Shown here: positions 28,197 through 42,276 of the stretch, piece after piece | How positions within the stretch are numbered: position 1 is the first letter of the stretch | Layout of the letters: every line of letters starts with the position of its first letter | DNA from: Octopus vulgaris | Taxonomy: Eukaryota | Direction: 5' to 3' | DNA length: 64,000 nt | Assembly: GCA_951406725.2 (NCBI GenBank) | Contig: OX597824.1 | Location: 51,026,001 to 51,090,000 of the forward strand | Position numbers and translations under genes: made by a program | The notes under the pieces: model-generated | The model's input: the letters and a program-made list of their open reading frames with translations, nothing else | What the model was told of the DNA's origin: nothing | Database searches by the model: none

Positions 28197-29614
28197 TATA
28201 CATGGAGCACTACATCTTTTTCTTCAATTCACTGAGCCCTTTTCGCTGCACTTCGCAGTTCTTTGCACTTATACTCTGACTTCTTTGTTTAAGACGGGAG
28301 GGAGAACATTTTACATTACTCTCTGCTATTGTTTTTCACTCAGGTTGCAATTTATTCCCGAATCTTTATTCTTGAATCAATAATAATAATAATAATATCA
28401 TCATCATCATCATCATCATCATCATCTTTTTTTTTCTTATTAAAGCTCTATGCTCTCACTAACTTTCACATAATGGTAAAGAAAGGAAATAGTTTCAAGA
28501 ATAAATATAAAAAATATATGTACAAAAAGCGGTTTTTTTTTCTTAAAAAAATGTGATAAAGCTGATTAGAACTGTAAGCTGGAAACATATTTCTAAGCCT
28601 TTGCCAGCATGAGACACGGTAAGAACGTTTTCAATGGCCGTCGATGGAGCTCCACCACTTGTACTCTAAACAACAGAGCTTCAGTATGCCTACTTGAGAG
28701 GCGCCCAACGTTTCGCCAAACAAAAAAACAAACAACGGTTGAACACCGCTGATTTTGCTTAAGTCCTTAAGCGCTCCTCCTCATTTGCCTGTTAGTTCTG
28801 CACGCCACTTTCTGTTGGACCCCTTCAACAGAAATTACCGTCCCTCCTCGGCTTACAAAATCGAGACAGACCACTTGAGATAGAGGCCAAGAGCGATGTT
28901 CATATCTATATACATATATGTTTGTGTGTGTATATGGGTGTGTATGTGTGTGTGTGTGTAAGTGTATGCATATATCCACGATCATATGTGCGCGCGTGTA
29001 TATGAGTATGAGCGTGAACACATACATACACCTTTACATACACGGGCGGTTTCCTATTACAGTCTCATCTCTAAATCTAATTTTTCCCCTATTTATTTCT
29101 ATCTATTCTATACGATTAACATAATAAATAAATAAATAAATAAACAAACAAATAAATAAATAAATAAAATTGAAGACGTGGCGAAATGAAACTGTCTCGT
29201 TACTACATCACCATTGTTTTTTAAGTTGCCCTTTTATTACTATTCTTTATCTTTTTGCTTCCATTGCCCTTGGAACCAAAGTAGCAACCACAAAATATTT
29301 CACTTTCTCACATGACCTCACCTTTATACTAAGATGCCAGTAAGTACCTACAATGCATTCGCTTTCAGTTTGGTGGTGATGAAACGTAAAAGGAATCCTG
29401 ACGGGATTTGAACGCAAGTTATTTCAGAAAAAAACAACAAAAAAAAAACAGAATGTGAAAGAAATTCTAAACTATATTATAGTTTCGCCATTCTATTGTC
29501 CTTAAAGATGGTAGCTCGGTGGTGGTCGATCTAGCCTGCGAAACTAGATTTCAAATTATTGTGTTGAGACGAAATTTATCCAAAATTTTGTTAATTTCTT
29601 TGTCTTATTCATCA

Positions 29615-29835
29615 AGCTACAATAAAAGCCGGCCATCTTTCGAAGTAGAGGCCATTGTGTTGCACCGTCTGAAGCCACAATTCTGCCTGTTCTTTGATCC
29701 CAAGTTGATCCCAGTTCTTGTACTCCGAGGCATAGAACTCCTCCACTGAAGAGTCCACCTCATTTTGATTGATGAAGCGACGAGAGAGCAGGAAGTTAGC
29801 CATGGATCGGAACAAGTAACAATCCGAGTGAGATA
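29615..29835 (-). mobile_element. mariner transposase C-terminal remnant
   Basis: SDCYLFRSMANFL..GIKEQAELWLQTVQHNGLYFE. Confidence 0.75.
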
Positions 29836-30015
29836 TTGTTTCTGCAATTCTAACGTACATAACCTGGTATTGTTTAACAGAAAGTGTGCTCTTCTACAGT
29901 AAGGTAACTCAAAATTTATATTGCTCGAACAACCCGGAATAAACATCAAGAATTTGAGAGAATCGAACTGATGCCACGCCCAGCATTCCGGACTAAGCTC
30001 CCTTGGATTACTACT

Positions 30016-30390
30016 TTTCTACTTTAGGCACAAGGCCCGAAATGTTGGGGTAGGGAGAGGGGAGCCAGTCGATTAGATCGACTCCAGTACGCAACTGGCA
30101 CTTAATTTATCGACCCCGAAAGGATGAAAGGCAAAGTCGACCTCGGCGGAATTTGAACTCAGAACGTAAAGACAGACAAAATACCTATTTCTTTACTACC
30201 CACAAAGGGCTAAACACAGAGGGACAAACAAGGACAGACAAATGGATTAAGTCGATTACATCGTAACTGGTACTTATTTAATCGACCCCAAAAGGATGAA
30301 AGGTAAAGTCGACCTCGGCGGAATTTGAACTCAGAACGTAGCGGCAGACGAAATAGCGGCGTGCTAACGATTCTGCCAACTCGCCGCCTT
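30016..30390 (-). mobile_element. Dimeric SINE family A with target-site duplication, inside a plus-strand mariner remnant
   Basis: TTGGATTACTACT at 30003-30015 and 30394-30406; the flanks rejoin to encode ..DYYLFRSM. Confidence 0.88.
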
Positions 30391-30902
30391 CCATTGGATT
30401 ACTACTTGTTCCGATCCATGTGGTCTCCATTGGTTGCACGCAACACATGTAACAATGGATCTTGTAAAGATGATTTATGAATACCCTGTAAAATATAGAT
30501 AATTGTTTCTTACATTAATACAAAATTTAAGATGGGCAGAAGAGAAACGATCGGCTCCAAGTTATGACTTGTGTAGATTTTATTGATCTTTCAATGATGA
30601 AACGAGGTGCCAACCAACAAAGATTTCAAATCAAATTGTTGTAGTACGAAAGGAAGCTCTGCAGCAAATGCATTCCTGTTCTGTACTGTTTTCTGGCTTT
30701 CACATAATTTATAAATAAAGGTTTTCTTAATTCTGCAAACATTCCGCTCGAGCACCTTCAGTGAAACTGATCGACGCATTTCTTTGCCAGGAGACCAAGG
30801 CGATTTCAAACACACTCGCACGTACGCACGCGCGCACACATGCACACAATGAACTGTGTGCGTGCGTGTGTTTGTGTGTGCGTGCGTGCGTGCGTGTGTG
30901 TG

Positions 30903-31010
<108 letters not shown>

Positions 31011-32072
31011 TGTTTGTCTGTGTGTGTGTGTGTAGAAAAAAGATAAAACTCAACAATATACAGGCCGAATTAGGGAGGTAGCGTGATAAATAATATTGAA
31101 GGCGGAAGCAATGTTTATACCGGGAAAGATAAAACAAAGAGAGAGAGGAATGACCGATAGATTGCTAGAAAATTGATAGAATGACAATGAGTTAGAGAAG
31201 AGGGAAACAGACAGCAGGCACCCACCAAGAGATATAGGCAAACAACTGTGTAGCCAGTGAAACATAAGGGCTGGAAGAAGTAGTAAAAAAGAAAGGGAAG
31301 GCGAGATAATGCGAGTAACAGGGGTGTCGAAAAGAGAAAGTTAGTGCTTTACAATTGGGTGGGAAGATTAGAAAGGTAACGTGATAAAATGAAATATGTG
31401 CAGACTGCGCGATTAATATAAGAAAATGGCGATGTGAATGAGTCTGTGCGGACAGACGAAGAAATTCTCAGCCCCAGAGGAAGTACTTCATTTTGAACAA
31501 TAAGATGGAAGGTTGTCATCAGAATAAGTCAATAACCGAAGTGAATTGCAGGGAGAAATGCAATAAAACGAAGTTAAATAAAAGTAGAATCAAAGTAAGG
31601 CGTGAGCAGAATACCCTTGAAGTGACAATGAAACGCAAACTATGTAAAGCTTAAAGCGAATTGGTTAAGAGTTACTGAAATGAAACAGAGATAAACATTA
31701 TCGTTTTTGACGGGTACCCTGCTAGTAAACACATATATAAGCTGTGAATATATTAGTGAATTTTCTTCAGTTATAGTATTTCATGTGTAATCAATAGTTT
31801 GGAGTCTAGTACTTTATGTCCGGTATACCTGTCTGGAAAGTATACCAGACATGTTCGAACGACTTATTAAACAAGCTTACATTTCCATTATTTGACCTCG
31901 CACAAATGCTGTTTCACTAGATCCCTCCCCTTTTGCTGGCTTCTGTATCAGAAACTAAATTTGTTTAACTTTGACTTGTTAAATTTCTTGATTACAAACA
32001 TTTACAAAAGGTAAAAGTATGTATGTATATGCATATGTATGTATATACGTGTACTATGTATATACACACAGA

Positions 32073-32223
32073 CGCGTGCGGTGGTAAGAAGCTTGCTTCC
32101 CAACCACTTGGTCCTGAGTTCAGTCCCACTGCGTGGCACCTTGAGCAAGTGTATTCTACTATAGCTTCGGGCCGATCGAAGACTTATGAGTGGATGATTT
32201 GGTGGATGGAAACTGGCAGAAGC

Positions 32224-32229
<6 letters not shown>
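32073..32229 (+). mobile_element. SINE family B, 5' half
   Basis: GGTAAGAAGCTTGCTTCCCAACCAC..GGAAACTG.CAGAAGCCC followed by (TA)n. Confidence 0.85.
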
Positions 32230-32298
<69 letters not shown>

Positions 32299-33532
32299 AT
32301 TTCGGGGTCGTCATTTTTTTTTCCGCCAAATATATACGCGCACTATGTAAGAGGTCACAGGTTGTGTAACGAAAGATTCGAGACAAAAGGAATAAAAATA
32401 ACAACCATGATAAAGCTGAAGTGGAGAAGAAATATATAATGCGTGTATTTATTTGGTAACAAAAACGACCGTCCCGAAATATAATTATTTTTTGCAACAC
32501 ACGATTTCACATCCGGAATCTTGAAAAACAATGTGTGTGTGTGTGTGTGTATGTGTGTGTGTATGTGTGTGTGTACACGGGTTGGGAGATGAAGGAGAGT
32601 ACGTTTGAAAAATATACCAAATAGATTCAACAGCGTACCTATGTTGTCGAAATTTTTTCAATTAGTTTTATTGGAATTACCCCTCCTGCCTATTTTGCTG
32701 TCGTTTAAAGATACTAAGTGGAGTTTTTCTACTTATTGCTTGGATAACCTCACTTGATGGAGGTTTTTAACTCATTATATTACATATGCCATACCTACCA
32801 TTTTTGTATTTAGTGTACATGGGACGGATGCTCACCTTCGCTATTTTTTCTCACTGATGATATCGGATAACCAGTTGACAACTTATATCCTCCCAACATT
32901 GCTGCAGCTTCTGCTGCTTCTGCTTCTGTTTCTGCTGCTACTGCTGCTGCTGCTAAGCCTAAAGTTAATCTTGATTAGCAGAACTATGATCAAAGGTGTT
33001 TCAAATTCGAGAATTTTTCTTTTCTGTGCATAGTGTAAATCAGACTAAATTCTCTATTATGTTCTAATTTTAGGATATCCAGCTACTATTTCGAAAAGTG
33101 ACTGCGTAGCAACTCTCTTAATTACTTCTGTTACTGTTGTATTCAGTGGCGGGAACTGTAAAACTGACAAAAGCCTATTGATTTTAATTGTTAAAGAGAA
33201 GTCTATTTGTTGTAGACTAGCGTTGGATCCAACAAGATTTATCTTTCATCAGATTGATTCTATGGAAAGATAACATATGCGCTGGCCTTTGGAATATTTA
33301 GGGGTCCAGCGAGGGTGCATAAAATGTTTGTGATAAAATTACTTTTTTCGTTATTGTAGCTTGGAATACGAAAAAATGTACAATCAAATATATAGGTATA
33401 ATTGTAAAATGTGGTTTTGTATTTTTTTAGGTATTTTTAATTATAATAAAGAATGTTAGGAATATACGTTTAAAATGAATTGATATAGGATTATTAGAAA
33501 TAATAAGAGGGTAAAAGGGGTGCTTATATCTT

Positions 33533-33704
33533 TAGGTGCGAGTGTAATAAGAAGTTCATTTCCCAACCACATGATTCCGGCACTTTGATCGAGTGTCTTT
33601 TATTATAGCCTCGGGCTGACCAAAGCCTTGTTAGTGGATCTGGTAGACGAAAACTGGAAGAAGCCCGTCGTATATATATGTGTGTGTGTGTATGTGTATG
33701 TGTA

Positions 33705-33739
<35 letters not shown>

Positions 33740-33748
33740 TTGTGTGCG

Positions 33749-33791
<43 letters not shown>

Positions 33792-33960
33792 ATGACAAGC
33801 GGTGGTGGTGTGTTTAAGTCCCGTAACTTAGCGGTTCGACAGAAGCGCTTGATAGTATAAGTATCAGGCTTTACAAAAATAAGCACTGGGGTCGATTCGT
33901 TCGACTAAAATCCTCCAAGGCATCGCCCATAGCCGCAGTCTAATAACTGAAACATGTAAA
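33533..33960 (+). mobile_element. SINE family B
   Basis: Family consensus with internal (TG)n(AG)n. Confidence 0.85.
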
Positions 33961-33979
33961 TGTATATATATATATATAC

Positions 33980-34168
33980 AGTTAATCCAAACAAGAAAAC
34001 AAAAAAACACAGCAACGCGAGGACGTGGAACAAATAGAGTATTATTGGACGCTCAGGAAAGAAGGGAAGGAGGGTTTAACGTTTCGAGCGGAGCTCTTCG
34101 TCGGAAACAAAGGAGAAGGAAAGATCCCGAGAAGGGAAGACAGAGGAAAAAAGAAAATTGCTGGCGGT
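33980..34168 (-). mobile_element. Second copy of the 11822-12023 cassette; hammerhead-like motif at 34074-34108
   Basis: Minus strand GTTT-CCGACGA-A-GAGC tcc GCTC-GAAA-CG-TT-AAAC; its 3' end abuts (TA)n. Confidence 0.82.
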
Positions 34169-34232
34169 GCTCTTGTTAACAGGCGAACAATAACACACAC
34201 ACACACACACACACATATATAAATAAATATAT

Positions 34233-34354
<122 letters not shown>

Positions 34355-34663
34355 GATTGGGTATCAACAATAACACATCATTGTTTACTCTTTAAGACTG
34401 TAGCTACGACATAAAACATTCTATGATTCTATATTTGATTCTTTACTTTGGTAGGAACTGGTTTATTCTTACTTTACCGCAGGAAGTTTCAAAGCTTTCT
34501 TGAATGTCTGTGTTTGTTTATCACTAAGGTCAACCAGATCAAAGACTTTCAATTTGAGCCATCTACGTTTCTTATATCCAGATACATTGTCTCTTTTATC
34601 TTTTACAGGTTTCATCTAGAGACCGAGACCACGCTGGGGGCACTACCTTTAAAGGTAATCAGC

Positions 34664-34737
34664 CTCCCCAGCGGGGAATCAAACCCCGGTGTCTCGCGTG
34701 ACAGGTGGGGATCCTTACTCCTACATTACAGAAAAGA
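34664..34737 (-). pseudogene. tRNA-Asp(GTC) pseudogene
   Basis: Minus strand ..GTAAGGATCCCCACCTGTCACGCGAGACACCGGGGTTTGATTCCCCGCTGGGGAG matches metazoan tRNA-Asp; acceptor, D and anticodon stems are damaged and TTC is changed to TTT. Confidence 0.8.
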
Positions 34738-36033
34738 ACTACATTCTGTGTCCATTTTTTCCTGGACATTTGCGTCTAATTCATGGGAGATTTGGCTGCA
34801 AATTTTAGCAACTCGATTGTTGTTGACATTGCAGTTGCTGTCGTTGTTGTTGTTGTCGTCGTTATTGTTGTTGCTGCTGCTGCTAAAAGCCATGTCGGTT
34901 ATGATAGGACTTAAAATGGAAGTTGCTACAGCTGTGTCCACTGCAACTTTTTGCCCAATTTGTCCCATGTGCCCTTCACATTTTAAAGAAGTAGAGTGCG
35001 ATTTGAGAAAAATATAACTGCTTTTTCTTTTTCAGCAGGTTGAGTTAGCTTCTAGAGACTCTTTCGTTGCTGTTACTATCTAAAGTTTTGTTGTTTTTGC
35101 TGCTCCTACTACTGGACAATAGTCTGAACATTTCATCGGGAACAAAACAAAAAAGCAGAAAATTTCCCCAATCCCCAGCCCCCTTACGTCTTTTTCTCCT
35201 TGACCCCAGCATCTCCCTTATTTATCTTCTCTTTTCATTTCCCTTTCCTCTTCATGTTGCCCCTTCACCAGGGCCATCGTCATCATGTACCTTTTTCTTC
35301 ACTGAATCTCCGTACTCTCCCCCACTTTCTCTTTCTCTTTCCAGTTCTTTATACTCCATCTCAGCCCCTTATCTCCAAACCCTTTTACCCTTCTTCCTGT
35401 CCCCTTCTTTCCCTGCTACCAGTTTACCACCAGCTCTTTGCTCATATTGCGTTACTTTGTCTGCGTGTATTGAGAGGACTATCAAAACTCCGCCAAAGGC
35501 ACACCATGTTGACAATGCCTTTGATGGAGGCTGCATACATCCTTATGCATTCATTATGTCTATATATCACCTGTCAAAGCTTGTTTTATTGACTAAATTT
35601 AGTTATTCTACTAGCAAGGGATCGACACTCAGCTACAGCAACAATAACAAGAAAATAGAGAATAAAAATAAAATAGATAAATAAAATAAATACATGGAGT
35701 GTAAATAAAATAAAAATTATTGCTCTTGTGAAGTCTATTATAATTCACTCCGTATAAACGTATACTTCTGTGAGAATGTGTGCGTGTATATGCATGTGAG
35801 AATGTACGCGCGCGTACACACACACACACACATATATAACTAAGGAGAAAGAGAAAGAGGTATATCTCTAAATACAAATAGATAGATACATACATATACA
35901 TATATGTTTGCGAGCGCCTATATGCGTGTGCAGAGATAGATACTTACATAAACGTATGTATATATATATATATATTATATATATTATATATTGATGTATA
36001 TGTATGTATGTACCCTCTTGTTAACAGGCGAAC

Positions 36034-36080
<47 letters not shown>

Positions 36081-36459
36081 AATATGTCAATACATATATA
36101 CCACGCATTTACGAACATATGCATATGTGAATTGTGAATAGATCTGTATGCCTTTATGGGGTATGTATGTCTGAGTATGAGCATTAGATATGTGTTTGTG
36201 GCGGTATATTGGCACGGCGATGCCACACAGGGGCAGTTGATGAAATGGGACCAGAGAAGAAGGCGGTGTGCTCATATAGTGTAACAGTATGTAGACATTA
36301 GATAAATAATATTTCTCTCTCACCAGAGGCAGTGCGTTTTATGTTGAATTCTCTATCACGAATTCACGGATCAGTACAATATATATATACATACATACAT
36401 ACATACATACATACATACATACATACATACATACATACATACATAAATATATATATATG

Positions 36460-36769
36460 TTATTACTATTCTTGTTTTTTATTTTTATTTTTTGTTTCTT
36501 GTATTTATATTCGTGTGGCATCGTCCGGTTTTCTGTCCTTGTTTCGTATACATTCGATCCTTTTTCCAAGAAATCTAATGCTCGTAGCTTACTTTTTCCT
36601 TGGGGCTGGCCGGATCGAAGCGATATCAGGATTAATCAGCCGAAATTGCTAAGATGATCCGGTTCCCGACTGAAGATTAGAGGCTTCCAATGACCCATCT
36701 GTTTCTTTGTGTCGTCTCTTTGTGTGTTTTGCGTTCTTGTCCCCTTTCGTAATTTTTATATATAATTTT

Positions 36770-36770
<1 letters not shown>
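36460..36770 (+). mobile_element. Microsatellite-flanked cassette with an atypical hammerhead-like three-way junction (36610-36662)
   Basis: CCGGATC..GGAT taatc AGCC-GAAA..GATCCGG. Confidence 0.45.
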
Positions 36771-36816
<46 letters not shown>

Positions 36817-36865
36817 TGTGTATGCGTGTGTATGCGTGTGTGTGCTTGTGTGTGCTTGTGTGTGT

Positions 36866-37075
36866 TGCTTCTTAACCACATGGTTCCGGGTTTAGTCCCA
36901 TGGTGTGGCATTTTGGGCGAGTGTCTTCTACTACAGCCAAGAGCCAACAAGGCCTTGTGAGTGGATTTGGTAGACAGAAACTGAAAGAAGCCAGTCGTAT
37001 ACATACATACATACATACATACATACATACATACATACATACATACATACATACATACATACATACATACATACA

Positions 37076-37148
<73 letters not shown>

Positions 37149-37339
37149 GTATTTGTGTGTTTGTGTTCCTTCTCCCACCATTGCTTGACAACCGATGCTG
37201 GTGTGTTTGCGGTCCCGGAAACTACCAGTTCGGCAAAAGAGACCGATAGATTAAGTCCAGGCGTCGATTTGTTCAACTAAAGGTAGTGCTCCAGCATGGC
37301 CGCAGTCAAATGATTGAATCAAATTAAAGAATAAAAGAA
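36866..37339 (+). mobile_element. SINE family B (5'-truncated) with internal (TACA)n/(TA)n
   Basis: Family consensus. Confidence 0.88.
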
Positions 37340-37503
37340 ATACATATACATATAGATAAACAAATTCTCGCACACGCACGTGTATTTGTAAACATGTTTA
37401 TTCCCGCTTAAACGTGGATGTTGTGTGAGAATGAACTATAATATGGTAGTTACCATTATAGAAATTTATAAACATTCATATGTATCTGTGCATATATCCA
37501 TCC

Positions 37504-37559
<56 letters not shown>

Positions 37560-37567
37560 CTCGCTCG

Positions 37568-37678
<111 letters not shown>

Positions 37679-37685
37679 TATATAT

Positions 37686-37716
<31 letters not shown>

Positions 37717-38784
37717 CATTTATATATATATATATATATATATATTTATCTGTATATATATATGTATATATCTATCTACCTATCTATATATATAAATATA
37801 TAAATATATATAAACATATGTATATATATCTGTATACATATATATATATATACATCTATATATATATATATACATACATCTATATATATACAAATATATG
37901 TATATATATGTATATAAATATATATGTACATGTACATGTGTGTGTATATATATATGTATATATGTATATATATGTATATACATATATACATACACACATG
38001 CATAATACATACATACATACATACATACATACATACATACATACATACATACATTTGTATCTACGTATGTGTGTGAGTTTCTGTGTGTTTATGTCAACCA
38101 ACAAAACCAATAAATTAAAATAGCTAGAAATACAAAAGAAATGCGGAGAACAGAATAAAAAGAAAATGAGAGTAAGAAAGAAGAAGGAAAACAACTACGA
38201 AAATATATAAAATAGTATATAAAATAAACGCTACAACAAACAAATAAATATATAAATGAATAAATATATAAGTATACAGAATATGATTATAGGGGCCGAG
38301 TGAAAAAAGCTTGTGGTGCATGTTGTTGTGATTGTTATCGGCCGATTAAATCTGCTTAACAATATAGTTAAGTCGTACAACATATCTTATCTACGTCTCT
38401 ATCTATTCAGACAACGTTTTGCACACTTACGATTCATCTTACGAATTTCTTTCTTTTGGTCTTTCTTTTTTTCTGTCTGTTTCTGTTCTCGCGTTTTTTC
38501 CTTCCGATTTTCTTTCTTTCTTTCAGTCGGTGTTTCGTATGTTTTTGTTGTTTATATATACGCCTTAGTTTGTTCCTGCATGTTTTTATTAATATGAATA
38601 TATGCGTTTGTATGTGTGTGGGACTGTGTCTGTGTGTACGAGCGTGTATTTCTATCCTTTGCAGACCTCTATATCCTCTCCATTTATATATTAACAATCC
38701 TCACTCCTCTTGCACACGCATACACACCTACATATAGATATGCATACATACACACACGCGCGCATATACATACATACATATATA

Positions 38785-38883
<99 letters not shown>

Positions 38884-39309
38884 GAGAGAGAGAGAAAGAA
38901 AGAGACAGACAGACAAAGACAGAGACAGAGAGCGAGAGCATTAAAAGTTCTGAAACAAGGTATATTGTTATCTATAAAGCAATCAAAAGATTTCTTGCTG
39001 AGAAAAGAGATTCATTAAACATATTTTGAAACATCCTACAATAGTGTTTCAGTTAAAACGCTAGGGTCAAATGACAAATATATAATAATGTTTTTAAACA
39101 TAACCATTGAGACTAAAGATAAATTCAATGTCGTCTATACCAGTTAAATTTCCTGATAATCCATCCATGTATCTACTCCATCTGCCATTCCTGCGAAGGT
39201 CATGGGTCATGAGGATAGAGTCCACGAGCACCTCCACTTCCTCCTCTATGGGGTACTACAGAAGTAACTGTCATTACATTTTCCGACTGGATTCCCAACT
39301 GTATCTGTC

Positions 39310-39585
39310 TGAGACTATGGATATTATCCAATCATCTCGTTCTTGGTTTATCCCAAGATCTCTTTTAATAGGCTTGAAGAATTTTCCCTGCCACTCTTTC
39401 CTACGTAATTTTAATTACACGTCTGTAGTATCGGAACTGCAACCTCTCAATGAGGAGAAGTAACGATTCCACCTGATCTCTCGAGTAACGTTATTCCAGA
39501 GATTCTTCATAGAAACCCCATTTCGGCAGCTTGTATTGGTGATTGTCTCTCGGTCATTACTTAAAATTTATTGACCATAAGTGAT
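39310..39585 (-). mobile_element. RTE-type LINE 3' remnant
   Basis: Minus strand TYG..VMTER..IQAAEMGFL*RISGITLL, typical of an RTE post-RT region. Confidence 0.65.
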
Positions 39586-39667
39586 GATGTAAAATTCCAG
39601 ATTACAAAAGTAACTTCAAAACTTCTTCAGTTAATAAACGTAATACTAGCAAAACGAACTATTAGAG

Positions 39668-40121
39668 TAGTGTTTCCCAACATATTTTCCCCCAAACACG
39701 CCTATGAAAATGTATACCCACCGCTACTTCGAAAAACAAAACAACTTTAATCTTTAATATTTTATCATAATTATTTAATACAAAAGAATCTACCAGTAAC
39801 TCTTTTATTAAGTACAGAGTACAAAAGAGAGTACATTATTGACTTAGAAAAAAAGTAAATGACTTTAATGAGAACCTTGTGCCTGGCAATTACGGCAGAA
39901 TTCCTTGATTTCAGGAGACGATTTTCTTAGCTTCAGTTGTAAATCATCATGTTTTGTAATATCAAGTCAGCACTAAAGCTACACTGAACTAAATAAGACA
40001 AAATAAATAAATAAATAAATAAATATGTAAATAAATAAATAAATAAATAAATAAAAGAAAGCTTTGCATCCCACGCCCCATCACAATTTTCCCAGATGAT
40101 TCCTACTGGTGGGAATCATTG
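39668..40121 (-). mobile_element. Internally deleted hAT (Charlie/Buster-like) transposon
   Basis: Imperfect TIRs TAGTGTTTCCCAAC / GGTGGGAATCATTG; exact 8-bp TSD TATTAGAG at 39660-39667 and 40122-40129; minus-strand peptide ..PEIKEFCRNCQAQGSH*. Confidence 0.8.
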
Positions 40122-40239
40122 TATTAGAGTGTGCAAAATAGATGAGAGAGATAGAGACACAATTAAAAAAGAAAGGGAGACAATAAAAATTTAAACTGGT
40201 TAGGAGAAAAAGTGTTGAGAAACTGTCAGATTATTATAC

Positions 40240-40311
<72 letters not shown>

Positions 40312-40520
40312 GGGGTAGTGAGGGATAGTTGGGAACATTTACACGAGAGTATAGACCAAAGCGTTAACAGGGTTGAAGAAATCAACATTTGCGATGTTAT
40401 TTACAATTTATCACTTTCATACTATCTCCAATGTATTTCTGTTAGTGCTATGCATATTGCTGCATTAAATGTAATGTAATGAAGCAATTTTGTGCTGGTG
40501 AGATATTACAAGGGTCCTGG

Positions 40521-40598
<78 letters not shown>

Positions 40599-40749
40599 TA
40601 TAGTCAGTGTGTGTGTAATCCTTTTTTCTATAGCTACAAAGCCTGAACATTTGGAAAAGAGGCATAGTCGATTACATTAGACTGATACATATTCCATCAC
40701 CCCACGAAATGATGTAAGTAAAAGTCGACATCGGCGGAATTTGAACACA

Positions 40750-41079
40750 TACAGAAAAGGAGCACTCTGTTGGTTACGACGACGAGGGTCCCAGCCCATC
40801 CGATCAACGGAACAGCCTGCTCATGGAATTAACGTGCAAGTGGCTGAGCACTCCACAGACATGTGTACCTTTAACGTAGTTCTAAGGAAGATTCAGCGTG
40901 ACACAGAGTGTGACAAGGCTGGCCCTTTGAAATACAGGTACTATTTATTTTTGCCAGTTGAGTGGACTGGAGCAACATGAAATAAGTGTCTTGCTCAAGG
41001 ACACAACACGTCGCCGGAGATTGAACTCACGACCTTACGATCGTGAGCCGAATGCCCTAACCACTAAGCCACATACCTC
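40750..41079 (-). mobile_element. tRNA-derived SINE family C
   Basis: Minus-strand head GTGGCTTAGTGGTTAGGG..GAGTTCAATCTCC; core GTTGTGTCCTTGAGCAAGACACTT. Confidence 0.85.
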
Positions 41080-41124
41080 CACACACACACACACACACAT
41101 GTATATAGCCAGTGTGTGTGTAAT

Positions 41125-41327
41125 CCTTTTTTCTATAGCTACAAAGCCTGAACATTTGGAGAAGAGGCATAGTCGATTACATTAGACTGATACATATTCC
41201 ATCAACCCCCGAAATGATGTAAGTAAAAGTCGACATCGGCGGAATTTGAACTCAGAACGTAAAGACAGACGAAATGACGTTAAACATTTTGTCCGGTGTG
41301 CTAATGATTCAGCCAGCTTACCGCCCT
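41125..41327 (-). mobile_element. SINE family A (3' part duplicated at 40620-40746)
   Basis: Family consensus. Confidence 0.85.
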
Positions 41328-41831
41328 AACAATAACAACAATAAGAAATGATGATGATTTCTTGGGTAGCCTCGAATCTTAAGAGAATGGTTCAAGCATA
41401 TTGAATCCAACCAGATACTTTAATCCAACCAGACAACGGCGAGGTTTGAACTGAGAATGTACAGAGACATAACTTAATGCACCTTGCCATTTTGTTTCTT
41501 GTTCGAATGATTTAGAGTAGCATTATATGACAATGTTACCATTGACGTGCGTTTTGGGTAGCAGAGGACAAGTACAGTCTAATACATCGACTCTTATATT
41601 TCAATGTTCTTCATTGCAATCAGTTGCATGAATGACAGAATTAATCCTGCTTGAGATTTGGACTCAGTATGTAGGGGCTTATAAATGCCACAGAGCATTT
41701 TGTCTGAGCCCCTACTGACACTGCGAACCATTGCCCTTCATGTACGCCATCGCCGTTGTTAACACTGGTACAAATTTTAGGGTGGTGTATAGCCAACTAT
41801 TTCAACTCATTAATAATATAGCATTGTCTAA

Positions 41832-42022
41832 GGCGGCGAGCTGGCTGAAAAGTTAGCATGCCGGGCGATAATGCTTAGCGGTATTTCGTCTGCCTTTACA
41901 TTCTGAGTTCAAATTCCGCCAAGGTCGACTTTTCCTTTCGGGATCGATAAATAAAGTACTAGTTGCGTACTGGGGTCGATCTAAACAAAAATTTCGGGTC
42001 TTGTCCCTAGAGTAGAAAAGAA
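41832..42022 (+). mobile_element. SINE family A, full length
   Basis: GGCGGCGAGCTGGC..GAGTTCAAATTCCGCC..CTAGAGTAGAAAAGAA. Confidence 0.9.
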
Positions 42023-42235
42023 TAATATAGAATTGTCATTTATTGCCCTCTGAAGGATGATCTACAAAATTGATTCCGGGTGGGATTTGAACACATTACA
42101 GTAATTTTTGTTTGTTTTTTATAGATATATTACAGATTCTGTTCACTAGCGTCTCAAAAACTGAGAAAGAAATTATATGGATATAGCACCATGTAGTTTT
42201 AATAATAATAATAATAATAATAATAGTAGTAATAA

Positions 42236-42276
<41 letters not shown>

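Noticed and set aside
28830-28895. CCCTCCTCG motif suggestive of an HDV-like ribozyme
   Set aside because: I could not build the P1/P2/P3 pairings.
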